Below are positions 10,454 through 19,698 of a stretch of DNA of 64,000 bases, in pieces (positions within the stretch are counted from its first letter, which is position 1; every line of letters begins with the position of its first letter). Below the pieces are notes generated by a model, which saw only the letters and a program-made list of their open reading frames with translations, did no database searches and had not been told where the DNA came from. The position numbers and the translations under genes are program-made. Source of the stretch: an uncultured Gammaproteobacteria bacterium (GTDB lineage Bacteria; Patescibacteriota; Patescibacteriia; UBA2196; GWA2-42-15); NCBI GenBank assembly GCA_964573135.1, contig CAZNIO010000001.1, positions 28,612 through 92,611 of the forward strand, read 5' to 3'.

Positions 10454-11308
10454 TTAAATATCTTCTTTTTTGGGTCGACCCTTCTTTTTCTTTGGTTCTT
10501 CCTCATTGTCTTCTTTCTCCTTTTCTTTATCAACCTCTTCTGTTTTTTCTTCTTCTTCCTTTTCTTCATCATCTACTACTGTTTCTTCTTGAGTCTCTTC
10601 TCCAGCCCCTTTATTTTGTAAAAAATTAACTTGATCTGATAAAATACCTACAGCTTCATCAAATGCTTCTTCTGGAGTTACTGAACCATCGGTTTCAACC
10701 ATCAAAATCAGTTTATCCCAGTTGGTCATTTCACCAACACGCACCCTGTCCACTTCGGCTGATACTTGAGTTATTGGCGTGAATATTGCATCCACTGCCA
10801 TATGTCCAATTGGCAATTTTTCTCCACTAAAACCCTCAACTGGTAAATATCCCCTGCCCTTTTCAACTGTAAACTCAACATCAAAATCTGCTGCCTCATC
10901 AGTTAAAGTGGCAATTACCATATCTTTATTAACTAAACTCACCTGTGAAGGTGCTTCAATATCACCTACTGTTACCTTACCTTCACCCGTCTTGTGTAAT
11001 TTCAATGCCAAAGGTTCGTCATGTGTGGCAGTTGCTAGTGGATCTACCTTAACCTTAATCTGTTTAATATTTAACATCACATCAACCATATCTTCCTTAA
11101 CATGCGGCAAACTGGAAAATTCATGATCAGTTCCCTTTATCTTAGCTGTAGTAATAGCTGATCCAGTAATTGAGGACAACAATACGCGCCGTAACATATT
11201 ACCAATAGTAATACCAAAACCTGGATACAAAGGCTCAACAATAAATTCACCCTTGTTGTCACTCTCAGCTTTATATTCAAATTTTTGTGGGACGGGGATC
11301 ATCTCCAT
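10454..11308 (-). CDS. rpoA: DNA-directed RNA polymerase alpha subunit. It has the N-terminal domain only; the alpha-CTD is replaced by an acidic tail plus an AT-hook.
   Basis: The alpha-NTD motifs (PLYPGFGITIGNMLRRVLLSSI...) are present. The last ~55 aa are E/K/D-rich and end KKKKGRPKKEDI. No alpha-CTD helix-hairpin-helix region is present. Confidence 0.85.
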   Translation of the reverse strand: MEMIPVPQKFEYKAESDNKGEFIVEPLYPGFGITIGNMLRRVLLSSITGSAITTAKIKGTDHEFSSLPHVKEDMVDVMLNIKQIKVKVDPLATATHDEPLALKLHKTGEGKVTVGDIEAPSQVSLVNKDMVIATLTDEAADFDVEFTVEKGRGYLPVEGFSGEKLPIGHMAVDAIFTPITQVSAEVDRVRVGEMTNWDKLILMVETDGSVTPEEAFDEAVGILSDQVNFLQNKGAGEETQEETVVDDEEKEEEEKTEEVDKEKEKEDNEEEPKKKKGRPKKEDI

Positions 11309-11331
11309 ATATTTCTAAATTAATTAAATAA

Positions 11332-11961
11332 TTATTTTGAATAATACTCAACAATAAGTCTAGTATCAATTCCTGGATCAAAATCCTTCTCTTGCGGATC
11401 ACTCACCATTGTCACGCCTTGTTCTTCAGGGTCATAACTCAACCACTCAGGAGTACTCTCTGGCTTTATACTTTCAAAAACGCCATCAAATGCAACTGAT
11501 TTTTTACTCTTTTCCTTAACAGTAATCATATCTTTTTCTTTCAACCCGTATGAAGGAATGTTCACTTTTCTACCATTTATCATAAAATGTGCATGATTGA
11601 TCAATTGGCGAGCCTTGCCACGAGATACTGCTAAACCTGATTTATATACTACATTATCAAATCTTTTCTCAAGTAAGGTTAAAAAATTAACTGATACATT
11701 GCCTTTCATAGCTAAGGCTTTTTTAAAATAATTTCTAAATTGTTTCTCATCTACACAATAGCTTTTTTTAGCGCGCTGTTTAGCTTGCAATTGCTTGCCA
11801 TATTCCGTAACTTTCACAAATCCCTTTTGGCCATGCAGACCAGGAGGATAATTCTTCTTAACCATAGCGCATTTAGCGCCAAAACATCGCTCACCCTTAA
11901 GGAAAAGCTTTTCACCTACACGTCTGCATTGTCTACATTTTGGATCTAAATTTCTACCCAT
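11332..11961 (-). CDS. rpsD: 30S ribosomal protein S4
   Basis: MGRNLDPKCRQCRRVGEKLFLKGERC N-terminus (zinc-ribbon type S4). Confidence 0.9.
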   Translation of the reverse strand: MGRNLDPKCRQCRRVGEKLFLKGERCFGAKCAMVKKNYPPGLHGQKGFVKVTEYGKQLQAKQRAKKSYCVDEKQFRNYFKKALAMKGNVSVNFLTLLEKRFDNVVYKSGLAVSRGKARQLINHAHFMINGRKVNIPSYGLKEKDMITVKEKSKKSVAFDGVFESIKPESTPEWLSYDPEEQGVTMVSDPQEKDFDPGIDTRLIVEYYSK

Positions 11962-11980
11962 GTTTTTTGTTTAATAATAT

Positions 11981-12391
11981 TTATACTCTTCTTGGTTTCT
12001 TAGGACGACAACCGTTATGTGGAACTGGTGTCACATCTTTAATACCAGCTATATTAATACCATTTATAGAAAGTGCTCTCACAGCCGCCTCTCTTGCCGG
12101 GCCAATACCTGACACGTAAGCATCCACTTCACGTACGCCTGCTCCTTTAGCTTTATCAACCACTGCTTTAACAACTACTCCAGCAGCATAAGGCGTAGCC
12201 TTTTTAGCGCTTTTAAATCCGCATCTGCCAGCAGATGACTGTGCAATAACCCCACCATTCAAATCAGTAATACTTACAATAGTATTATTATATGTTGATT
12301 TAACATAAGCTCGACCCCTGCCTTTAAGCAAGCGTCTAATCACGTTCTTCTTTTTCTTTCTTACTACTTTTTTCTTTTTTTCGTCTGCCAT
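11981..12391 (-). CDS. rpsK: 30S ribosomal protein S11
   Basis: S11 core (SSAGRCGFKSAKKATPYAAG...) with a lysine-rich N-terminal extension. Confidence 0.9.
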   Translation of the reverse strand: MADEKKKKVVRKKKKNVIRRLLKGRGRAYVKSTYNNTIVSITDLNGGVIAQSSAGRCGFKSAKKATPYAAGVVVKAVVDKAKGAGVREVDAYVSGIGPAREAAVRALSINGINIAGIKDVTPVPHNGCRPKKPRRV

Positions 12392-12399
12392 ATATTTTC

Positions 12400-12789
12400 T
12401 TAAGTTTTTTGTGCAGCTGATATTCTACCAGAACCCGCGGTTCTACGTACGTTTCCTCTAACAGTGCGTGAATTAGTTTTGGTTCGCTGTCCGCGTACCG
12501 GCAATCTCTTGGCATGACGTGAACCTCTATGGCTGTTAATCTCTTTTAAACGTTTAATATTACCCATTACTTCGCGCCGAAGTTCACCCTCTACTCTATG
12601 TTTAGATTCAATCACTTTACGCAGAGCTGCTACTTGACTATCATCAATATCTTTACATTTCATATTGGCATCCAATTTGGCCTCTTCAATAATTTTAACT
12701 GACATTGTACGACCAATACCAAAAATATAGGTTAAGCCTATTTCTAATTTTTTTTCATTTGGTAAATTAACTCCAACAATTCTTGCCAT
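12400..12789 (-). CDS. rpsM: 30S ribosomal protein S13
   Basis: MARIVGVNLPNEKKLEIGLTYIFGIGRT N-terminus. Confidence 0.9.
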   Translation of the reverse strand: MARIVGVNLPNEKKLEIGLTYIFGIGRTMSVKIIEEAKLDANMKCKDIDDSQVAALRKVIESKHRVEGELRREVMGNIKRLKEINSHRGSRHAKRLPVRGQRTKTNSRTVRGNVRRTAGSGRISAAQKT

Positions 12790-12794
12790 ATATT

Positions 12795-12908
12795 TTAACC
12801 TTGTCTCTGTTTATGTCGAGGATTCTTGCAAATCACAAACACCCGCCCTTTGCGGCGGATTACTTTACAATCTCGGCATATTTTTTTTACAGAGGCTCTT
12901 ACTTTCAT
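12795..12908 (-). CDS. rpmJ: 50S ribosomal protein L36
   Basis: Not in the ORF track, because it is 37 aa. Hand translation gives [37 protein letters not shown] with the canonical C-x2-C...C-x-NP-x-H zinc motif. It sits between infA and rpsM, as expected. Confidence 0.85.
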   Translation of the reverse strand: MKVRASVKKICRDCKVIRRKGRVFVICKNPRHKQRQG

Positions 12909-12953
12909 TTTAAATAAACTAAATATTAAAAAATAATAATCTTTATAGAAAGA

Positions 12954-13256
12954 TTATTGTCTATAAACCACCCGGCCCTTGGTTAGATCATACGGTGAAA
13001 TCTCCACCTTAACTTTATCCCCTGCTAAAAGCATTATTCGATGCATTCTCATCTTACCCGCAAGACTCGCAATAATCTCCTGGCCATTGTCTAAAACTAC
13101 CCTAAACTTAGCCCCGGGCAAAAGTTCAGTTACTTCACCTTGAGCTTCAATAAAGCCCTTCCTATTTATATTAAATTGGTCGGACTCTTGATTATTATTG
13201 GTGTTTTGATCGTTTTCCTCGATATTAATACAATTTTTATTTTTAAAGATTAGCAA
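12954..13256 (-). CDS. infA: Translation initiation factor IF-1 with an N/Q-rich N-terminal extension
   Basis: The C-terminal 70 aa align with IF-1 (…[34 protein letters not shown]). The track ORF begins at a TTG. The ~30-aa N-terminal NNNQ-rich segment may be real or an over-extension. Confidence 0.75.
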   Translation of the reverse strand: MLIFKNKNCINIEENDQNTNNNQESDQFNINRKGFIEAQGEVTELLPGAKFRVVLDNGQEIIASLAGKMRMHRIMLLAGDKVKVEISPYDLTKGRVVYRQ

Positions 13257-13372
13257 AAATTATGACTATCTAATATAGTCAATTTATCTTCAAATATTAA
13301 ACTATTATTCAATATATTCAAATTTAACAATATATGTATAATTATACAGAAATACAGATTTCTGTCAATTGT

Positions 13373-14587
13373 TTACCTGAAATTAAGTAAAACATTGATT
13401 CTATTGCCATTTTCCGGTATTTTATTAGTCACACTATAGCTGAATTTAAAACGCACATCTTTAATGTTATCCCTTTCAAGTAATAACCGCCTGGCTTCAA
13501 ATTCAGTCAAACCTTTTAACTCATCCTTTATCTTATCTATATATATAGGTAAAGACACCTGATTTTCAGCATGAATTTTAAGGGTTGCTAAAGCTTTAGA
13601 AATATCCACACTTTCCACCTCAACCTCAAATACATCCCGGGAAGTTTCCACAATCTTCTTGTTCTCATCAACTTCACTCTCTATTTTCCGCGCAATCATA
13701 TCTCTAACAATTGCCCCATCCCATACCAATGCGCTCCCTGTCATTTCAATTTTCATCTCAAACTCCTCAATCTCTTCTTCAAGTTCAACTGCTTTCTCTG
13801 TGTTTATAACTTCAAAATTAATTAAATCATCATACAATACCTGACTTTCAGATAATCTATCTTCGATTTTTGATTTCAATTCAGGCTCTAAACTTTCTCG
13901 TAAAGTTTTTTCAGCCTTATCCAAATCATCTTGGGACACCACTTTAATCACTTTTGAGGTTCCACCTTCTAATCTTGTCTTTACTTCCCCATATATCTTA
14001 TTTTGTTTTGAAAATGCTAGGTCTATTATAGTTAATCTGCCGGGATTTATATTGCCTTCTTCTCCAGCTTCTTTAGCCTCAACTTGGGCTACCAATGTTC
14101 CATAAACTATGGTGCCCTCAGCTGATACTTCAGCTTTTGGAATTTCTGCCACCCCTTTTAGAAAAAAAACAACACCATCATCTGATACCAAACTATTTAG
14201 CGTAGTTAAGGGCTGTACCAGCCCTGTTTGGTTATAGAAAACAACTTCACCCGAAGCCTTATCCCCCACGTTCTTTTCCCCGCTTGTTTTAAATGTTTTT
14301 TTCAAATTTCCATCCACATCAACCATTTCTCCCGGCATCTTATTATTCACCAAATCTTCTTTAGTTAAATTCCCATCAATTGTAATATTTAAATCATTTA
14401 CCTTGGTTTCTGTTTCTGGCACAATCGTTACTTCTACTTCAGGAAAGACATAAATGAATAAAGCTACAATCAAAGCAAAAAACAACAAAAAAACAAACAC
14501 TCGCCACACCTTGGACTTCTTTTTACCCTGTCTGGTGCCATAATAGTGCTCGCCTATCTGCTTTTTCTTGTAGTCGTATCTGCTCAT
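13373..14587 (-). CDS. Hypothetical protein with an N-terminal membrane anchor
   Basis: 404 aa. One TM segment (residues ~30-50), then an E/K-rich soluble region. No family recognised. Confidence 0.4.
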   Translation of the reverse strand: MSRYDYKKKQIGEHYYGTRQGKKKSKVWRVFVFLLFFALIVALFIYVFPEVEVTIVPETETKVNDLNITIDGNLTKEDLVNNKMPGEMVDVDGNLKKTFKTSGEKNVGDKASGEVVFYNQTGLVQPLTTLNSLVSDDGVVFFLKGVAEIPKAEVSAEGTIVYGTLVAQVEAKEAGEEGNINPGRLTIIDLAFSKQNKIYGEVKTRLEGGTSKVIKVVSQDDLDKAEKTLRESLEPELKSKIEDRLSESQVLYDDLINFEVINTEKAVELEEEIEEFEMKIEMTGSALVWDGAIVRDMIARKIESEVDENKKIVETSRDVFEVEVESVDISKALATLKIHAENQVSLPIYIDKIKDELKGLTEFEARRLLLERDNIKDVRFKFSYSVTNKIPENGNRINVLLNFR

Positions 14588-14713
14588 ATAACTACGGTTA
14601 TTATATCAATTTTAGCTTTAATGTCAAAAATTGGGGAATAATAAAAGAGATTCAATATTTACATGAATCTCTTTTATTTCGTAATTTTTTTGATCGCTTT
14701 TTTGTTTTAAAAA

Positions 14714-16201
14714 TTATTTCATCAATATCATTTTTTTTGTTTGAGCCAAACCGTTGGCATTCAGACAGTAAAAATACACACCAGAATACTGACCAACTGC
14801 ATTCCATTGAACTTTGTAAATACCAGCTACTTTTACACCGTCAACAAGTACCGCAACTTCCTGTCCAATTGAGTTATAAATTTTGAGAGAAACCTTTCCG
14901 GATTGCGGTACATAAAATTCAATGGCTGTTACCGGATTAAATGGATTTGGATAATTTTGCAGCAACGAAAATCCATTGGGTTGTCCGAGCATTTTTTCTT
15001 CATTAACATCAGTAGCACTTCCAGGCCATTCTGGCGGAGATGGTGGTAAAAACCCTGGATCACCAGGAGGCATATAATCTCCTGCCAAAACATAGCCCTC
15101 ATCATGTTTTATTTTCGTTAGCCCCAAAGACGGCTTTGTAAAAAGCAAAACGCATGAGTGAGACGCGTAAAACCACAATCCATGACCAGGTTTTGTTATA
15201 TCATCAGGACCAATCATTGTATAACCCTGATACCCATACTCAAACAAATATATTTGAAAGTCAGGTTCTCCGGGTGGCGGCAATATAAATAAAGATTGAC
15301 TCAATTCTGCAGAAAAACCAGGATAAGCTACCATGTGCCACTCTCCCTTTTCAAGGGAAACACTATCACTTTCGCTACCCAAAAGAATCAAGGCGCTGTT
15401 TCGCACATCTCCCTGCCAAAATGCCAACTCGCCATAATTCGCCATCCAAAACACATTATCTACTCTACTCGCATTGCGTGTAGGATTCCCAAACAGAATA
15501 TCAGATTGGCAATATTGACTATTTCCGCTTACATCCTCGTAAAAAACATATTCGCCAGCCATATTCGCAAAAACTTGTGTAGCAATAATATTTTCCGGTA
15601 AATATGTTGGAATACCCACCATGGTCCATCCATAACCATAGTATGACCTGAACCCTTCACGAATGGTGATTGTACAAATATGCAACATGGTAAAATTAGG
15701 CGACAACCAAACCGTAGAATTAGCCTGATCTCCAATAAAATATACCATGTTGTCACCAGTGTTTATCTCCACTCTTAATGTATCAAAATTTTGCCAATTA
15801 TTAGTCAAATCAAGCATAATTCTATACTCAATCTCAGTATTGGCCGGCTGGACAAATGGACTAAAATAAATCCTTCCGCTAACAAAATTAATACTGTCTA
15901 CGGTAGACACCACGCCGTACTGAGTGGCAATCCGCATACTATTAAGATCATCGCCAGTGGCAACCAATGAATTCAATTCATACGACAACACAGGGGACCA
16001 GCCCACACTACTAAATTCACTACTACTATCCGCCATTGTGTTTAGTTTAAAATAATTGAGCAGAGAAGTCTCTCCGGGCAAGTTAGTGTGATCGGTCCAC
16101 TCCTCAAAATCAATCCATGCCTCCTGCGCAAAAACCGGCATAGACAACAAAAAAACAACGAGCAACAAAACTACAATTTTATGTACCATAAAATCCTCCA
16201 A
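14714..16201 (-). CDS. Secreted protein with a type-A T9SS C-terminal sorting domain (Por_Secre_tail)
   Basis: N-terminal signal peptide (…LSMPVFAQEA). The C-terminal ~80 aa are LLQNYPNPFNPVTAIEFYVPQSGKVSLKIYNSIGQEVAVL...GVYFYCLNANGLAQTKKMILMK, the hallmark NYPNPFNP...TKKMxLLK pattern of type-A T9SS CTDs. Terminator-like hairpins flank it on both sides. Confidence 0.7.
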   Translation of the reverse strand: MEDFMVHKIVVLLLVVFLLSMPVFAQEAWIDFEEWTDHTNLPGETSLLNYFKLNTMADSSSEFSSVGWSPVLSYELNSLVATGDDLNSMRIATQYGVVSTVDSINFVSGRIYFSPFVQPANTEIEYRIMLDLTNNWQNFDTLRVEINTGDNMVYFIGDQANSTVWLSPNFTMLHICTITIREGFRSYYGYGWTMVGIPTYLPENIIATQVFANMAGEYVFYEDVSGNSQYCQSDILFGNPTRNASRVDNVFWMANYGELAFWQGDVRNSALILLGSESDSVSLEKGEWHMVAYPGFSAELSQSLFILPPPGEPDFQIYLFEYGYQGYTMIGPDDITKPGHGLWFYASHSCVLLFTKPSLGLTKIKHDEGYVLAGDYMPPGDPGFLPPSPPEWPGSATDVNEEKMLGQPNGFSLLQNYPNPFNPVTAIEFYVPQSGKVSLKIYNSIGQEVAVLVDGVKVAGIYKVQWNAVGQYSGVYFYCLNANGLAQTKKMILMK

Positions 16202-16393
16202 AAAAATATTTAGATTAAAATTTAACTCCCCTTTATGAGGAATTTTTTAAATTATTTATTTCTGCTTACAAAAAAGCGATCCAGCCACTTTACCATAAAT
16301 CCTCAAAAATGTCAAGAGTTAAACTAAAATTAGCTAAAAAAGAAAAAATACCCGTTATTTACGGGTATTTAAATATATACCTAAAATATACTA

Positions 16394-17341
16394 TCAATCC
16401 GTTTCATCCACTATCTCTATCTTTAAAACCTCTTCAATTACATCTTCTAAGGTTACCAATCCTTGAAATTCACCTTTCTTATCCTCAACCAATGCAATAT
16501 GCAACTTATTCTTTATAAAATCATTAAGAAGTTTATCTAATTTAGTACTAGTTTTTACATGCACTAATTTATGCTTATGGCATAATTTACCCACCTTTTC
16601 TTGACCCACATGACCCAATAAATCTTTTACATAGAGTATTCCAACTATATGGCTCTCGCTCTTATGGAATACCGGAATTCTTGTATGTCCCCTCTTTTTG
16701 ATTTTAGCTATTAATTTTTCATCAAACACCTCATCTTCGTTAATAGTATAAACTTTATCTCTTCCTGTCATTATCTCCCCTGCTTGCTTTTCTGAATAAG
16801 TTAAAGCTCCCCTAATAATCCTCTCTTCATCCCTATCTATATCACTCTCTTTAGAATCTTCGTGTTCTTCAATAATTTTTACCAATTCTTTCTTGGAATA
16901 AACTGTCGGCATCTCGGCTCCCAATGTTTTATCAAGTACCCAAGCAATTGGTGCACAGATTGGATAAAGGAGGACTATGAAAATTTTAACTATCCAAGCA
17001 GTTTTAGCTCCTACTTCAAGAGCATACTTAGCGAATGAAGCTTGTGGAATAATTTCACCAAAAATTACAATTAAACCAGTAGCCACAAGCCCGGCCATAA
17101 ACCCACTCGCAATATCTCCTAAAAATATAGCCAAAGCTGAATTAACTGCCACATTCCCTAAAAGCAAAGTACATAAAAGTAAATTTCCTTTTTTGCGCAC
17201 GCTATACACCTTCTTGGCTTTCTTGTCACCCAGCTCAATCTTTCTCTCAAGCTCGCCCTTACTCAAACTTAATAATCCCAAAGTTAATCCTGAAAAAAGA
17301 CCAGAAAAACCTACTAAAATTATTACAATTAAATATGTCAT
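16394..17341 (-). CDS. CNNM/CorC-type membrane protein (DUF21 + CBS pair), hemolysin-family
   Basis: N-terminal 4-TM DUF21-like region followed by tandem CBS-like regions. 315 aa. Confidence 0.6.
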   Translation of the reverse strand: MTYLIVIILVGFSGLFSGLTLGLLSLSKGELERKIELGDKKAKKVYSVRKKGNLLLCTLLLGNVAVNSALAIFLGDIASGFMAGLVATGLIVIFGEIIPQASFAKYALEVGAKTAWIVKIFIVLLYPICAPIAWVLDKTLGAEMPTVYSKKELVKIIEEHEDSKESDIDRDEERIIRGALTYSEKQAGEIMTGRDKVYTINEDEVFDEKLIAKIKKRGHTRIPVFHKSESHIVGILYVKDLLGHVGQEKVGKLCHKHKLVHVKTSTKLDKLLNDFIKNKLHIALVEDKKGEFQGLVTLEDVIEEVLKIEIVDETD

Positions 17342-17345
17342 ATAT

Positions 17346-19109
17346 TTATTCTAAAATTGCCTTTATTCTTCTCACTCCTGCTGAGCTTGACTCTTCCTTT
17401 AAAATCTTAAATGTTCCAAGTTCTGCAGTATTCTTAACATGCGGCCCCCCGCAAATTTCCTTAGAATAATCCCCCATAGAATATACCTTTACCTTTTCTC
17501 CATATTTATCTCCAAATATTCCCACTGCTCCTTGCTTCTTAGCTTCTTCCACACTCATCTCATCTTGTTTAATATCCAATCCTTTTTTAATCTTTGTATT
17601 AACAATATCTTCCACCTTCTTCTTCTCTTCATCACTCAATTTTTCACCATGTGAAAAATCAAAGCGTAGTCTTTCCCCGGTAATATTAGAGCCTCTCTGT
17701 TCCACACAATCCCCCAAAACTTCTCTCAAGGCAGCTAGCAGTAAATGCGTAGCTGTATGATATTTTATAGTATCCCCGCTTTCACCGCCTAATCCACCTT
17801 TAAATTTACCTGCCGTTGCACTGCGTGATAAATCCTGATGCTTTTTAAACTCATCTTCAAACCCTTGTTTATCTACCTTAAATCCCTGCTCTTTAGCCAA
17901 TTCTTCCGTTAATTCCCAAGGAAAACCATAAGTTTGGAATAAATCAAATACCAACTTTGAATTAAATTTTTTACCCTTAATTTTCTTTACTTCTTTATTA
18001 AATATTTTTAATCCTTGTTGCAAGGTTTTAGTAAACTTTTCTTCTTCTACTTCAAATAAAGATAATACCCGTTCCTTATTCTCCTCAAGCTCTTCATATA
18101 TCTCGCTCATCATCTCAATTGCCACTTGTGACACTTGGGCAGTAAAATTATCCTTTATACCAATCATTCTACCATGTCTAATAGCTCGACGTACTAATTT
18201 GCGTACCACATAACCCGCATCCACATTTGATGGCTCAATCAAAGCCTTGTCGGCCATGATAAAGGTAGCGGCCCGTACATGGTCAGATATAATTCTCATT
18301 GAGCGCTTTACCTCTTCACTCTCTTCATATTCCTTACCACTCAACTTCTCAATTTTTTTAATTATAGGTAAAAACAAGTCTGTCTTGTAATTATCATCCA
18401 ATCCATTCATAACGGCCAATAATCTTTCAAGCCCTGTACCATTATCAATATTCTTTTGTTTAGCCTCAACATATTTGCCTTTGCCTACTTTTTCATAACT
18501 CATCAGTACATCATTACCAATTTCAACCCATCTTGAATCTTCTGGATCAAATTCATCAGGTACTTTACTCTCATCCATCCAATAATGTGGCTCAGTATCT
18601 GGTCCGCACGGTCCGCCAGTGCCACTCGGCTCCCACCAGTTATCTTCCACATATTTAATCCTCTTTTCATCAATACCAATCTTTTGCCACAACTCATATG
18701 ACTCTTCATCCTTTTCCGCATCCTTATTACCCCCAAATACCGTAAAGGCTAATTTCTCTTTTTCTAATCCTAATTCTTTAGTTAAAAACTCATAGGTCAT
18801 TTGAATAGCTTCTTTTTTAAAATATTCTCCCAGCGACCAATGCCCCAGCATTTCAAAAAAAGTATGATGTGTCTTGTCCCCCACTTCATCAATGTCCCCT
18901 GTTCTAACGCACTTTTGTGCGTTAACTAATCTGACGCCACCAGGATGTTTTTCCCCGCACAAAAACGGCACCAAGGGCTGCATGCCTGCTGTTATAAAAA
19001 GAGTGGAAGGATCATTTTCCGGCAAAACAGAAGCTGACGGGATAATAGTATGACCCCGACTTGCAAAAAAATCTATATACTTTTGTCGCAATTCTTTAGA
19101 ACTAATCAT
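17346..19109 (-). CDS. alaS: Alanine--tRNA ligase, short form
   Basis: LRQKYIDFFASRGHTIIPSASVLPENDPSTLFITAGMQP aminoacylation-domain N-terminus. Editing-domain HTATHLL motif. The track ORF extends to 19169. The start is placed at the internal Met (MISSKELRQ…) to avoid a 52-nt overlap with the upstream toxin gene. At 588-607 aa it lacks the C-Ala domain. Confidence 0.8.
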   Translation of the reverse strand: MISSKELRQKYIDFFASRGHTIIPSASVLPENDPSTLFITAGMQPLVPFLCGEKHPGGVRLVNAQKCVRTGDIDEVGDKTHHTFFEMLGHWSLGEYFKKEAIQMTYEFLTKELGLEKEKLAFTVFGGNKDAEKDEESYELWQKIGIDEKRIKYVEDNWWEPSGTGGPCGPDTEPHYWMDESKVPDEFDPEDSRWVEIGNDVLMSYEKVGKGKYVEAKQKNIDNGTGLERLLAVMNGLDDNYKTDLFLPIIKKIEKLSGKEYEESEEVKRSMRIISDHVRAATFIMADKALIEPSNVDAGYVVRKLVRRAIRHGRMIGIKDNFTAQVSQVAIEMMSEIYEELEENKERVLSLFEVEEEKFTKTLQQGLKIFNKEVKKIKGKKFNSKLVFDLFQTYGFPWELTEELAKEQGFKVDKQGFEDEFKKHQDLSRSATAGKFKGGLGGESGDTIKYHTATHLLLAALREVLGDCVEQRGSNITGERLRFDFSHGEKLSDEEKKKVEDIVNTKIKKGLDIKQDEMSVEEAKKQGAVGIFGDKYGEKVKVYSMGDYSKEICGGPHVKNTAELGTFKILKEESSSAGVRRIKAILE

Positions 19110-19116
19110 AAAATAT

Positions 19117-19389
19117 TTACTTATAGACCTTATGGTCTCCGACATCCAAAAAGAGCACTTGATTATCATTTATAAATACAAACATAACTCGCAAACGCGG
19201 GGTAAGCGAAAACGACCACCGGTCTCTTAATTTTCCCTTAAGTTTATGTATCCTTAAAATTGGGTCAAAACAATTCACCCTAAAAATTTTTTCCTTCTTC
19301 CGGGCTATAACTCTCTCTATATTACTTAATTTCTTATACGACCTGACAAAATGAGATGCATAATCTATTTTTTTAATAGCTTTTTGCAT
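19117..19389 (-). CDS. Type II toxin, RelE/ParE superfamily
   Basis: 90 aa, basic. It lies 4 nt downstream of a Phd/YefM-like antitoxin on the same strand. The C-terminal region resembles RelE/ParE-family toxins (motif-level only). Confidence 0.55.
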   Translation of the reverse strand: MQKAIKKIDYASHFVRSYKKLSNIERVIARKKEKIFRVNCFDPILRIHKLKGKLRDRWSFSLTPRLRVMFVFINDNQVLFLDVGDHKVYK

Positions 19390-19393
19390 AAAA

Positions 19394-19675
19394 CTAATCC
19401 AAATCAGCCAAAGATTTTAAAGTTTTGGTCTTGCCCGTCCTATATTCTTCTTCTCCCTGGCGAGCTATATCCAAAGCCTCATCTTCTGTCATCTCTCTGT
19501 CTCTAACAATTTCTTCAAAAAAATCAGGGGCCAACAAGACTGCGGTCGGCTTATTCTGAGTGAGGATATATAGAGGCTCATGGGTCTCCTTTATATACTC
19601 AAACAACTCTTTATATTTTCTCTGAAGATCCCTAACAGAGGCTGTTTTAGGCATTATTTTTGTTGCTACAGGCAT
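19394..19675 (-). CDS. Type II antitoxin, Phd/YefM family
   Basis: 93 aa. ...YILTQNKPTAVLLAPDFFEEI... is typical of Phd/YefM. It precedes the toxin gene. Confidence 0.6.
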   Translation of the reverse strand: MPVATKIMPKTASVRDLQRKYKELFEYIKETHEPLYILTQNKPTAVLLAPDFFEEIVRDREMTEDEALDIARQGEEEYRTGKTKTLKSLADLD

Positions 19676-19698
19676 AATTACAATTTTAATTACTTATA

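Noticed and set aside
10194-11126. Plus-strand ORFs 10194..10412 and 10779..11126
   Set aside because: They are antisense to rplQ and rpoA respectively. Spurious.
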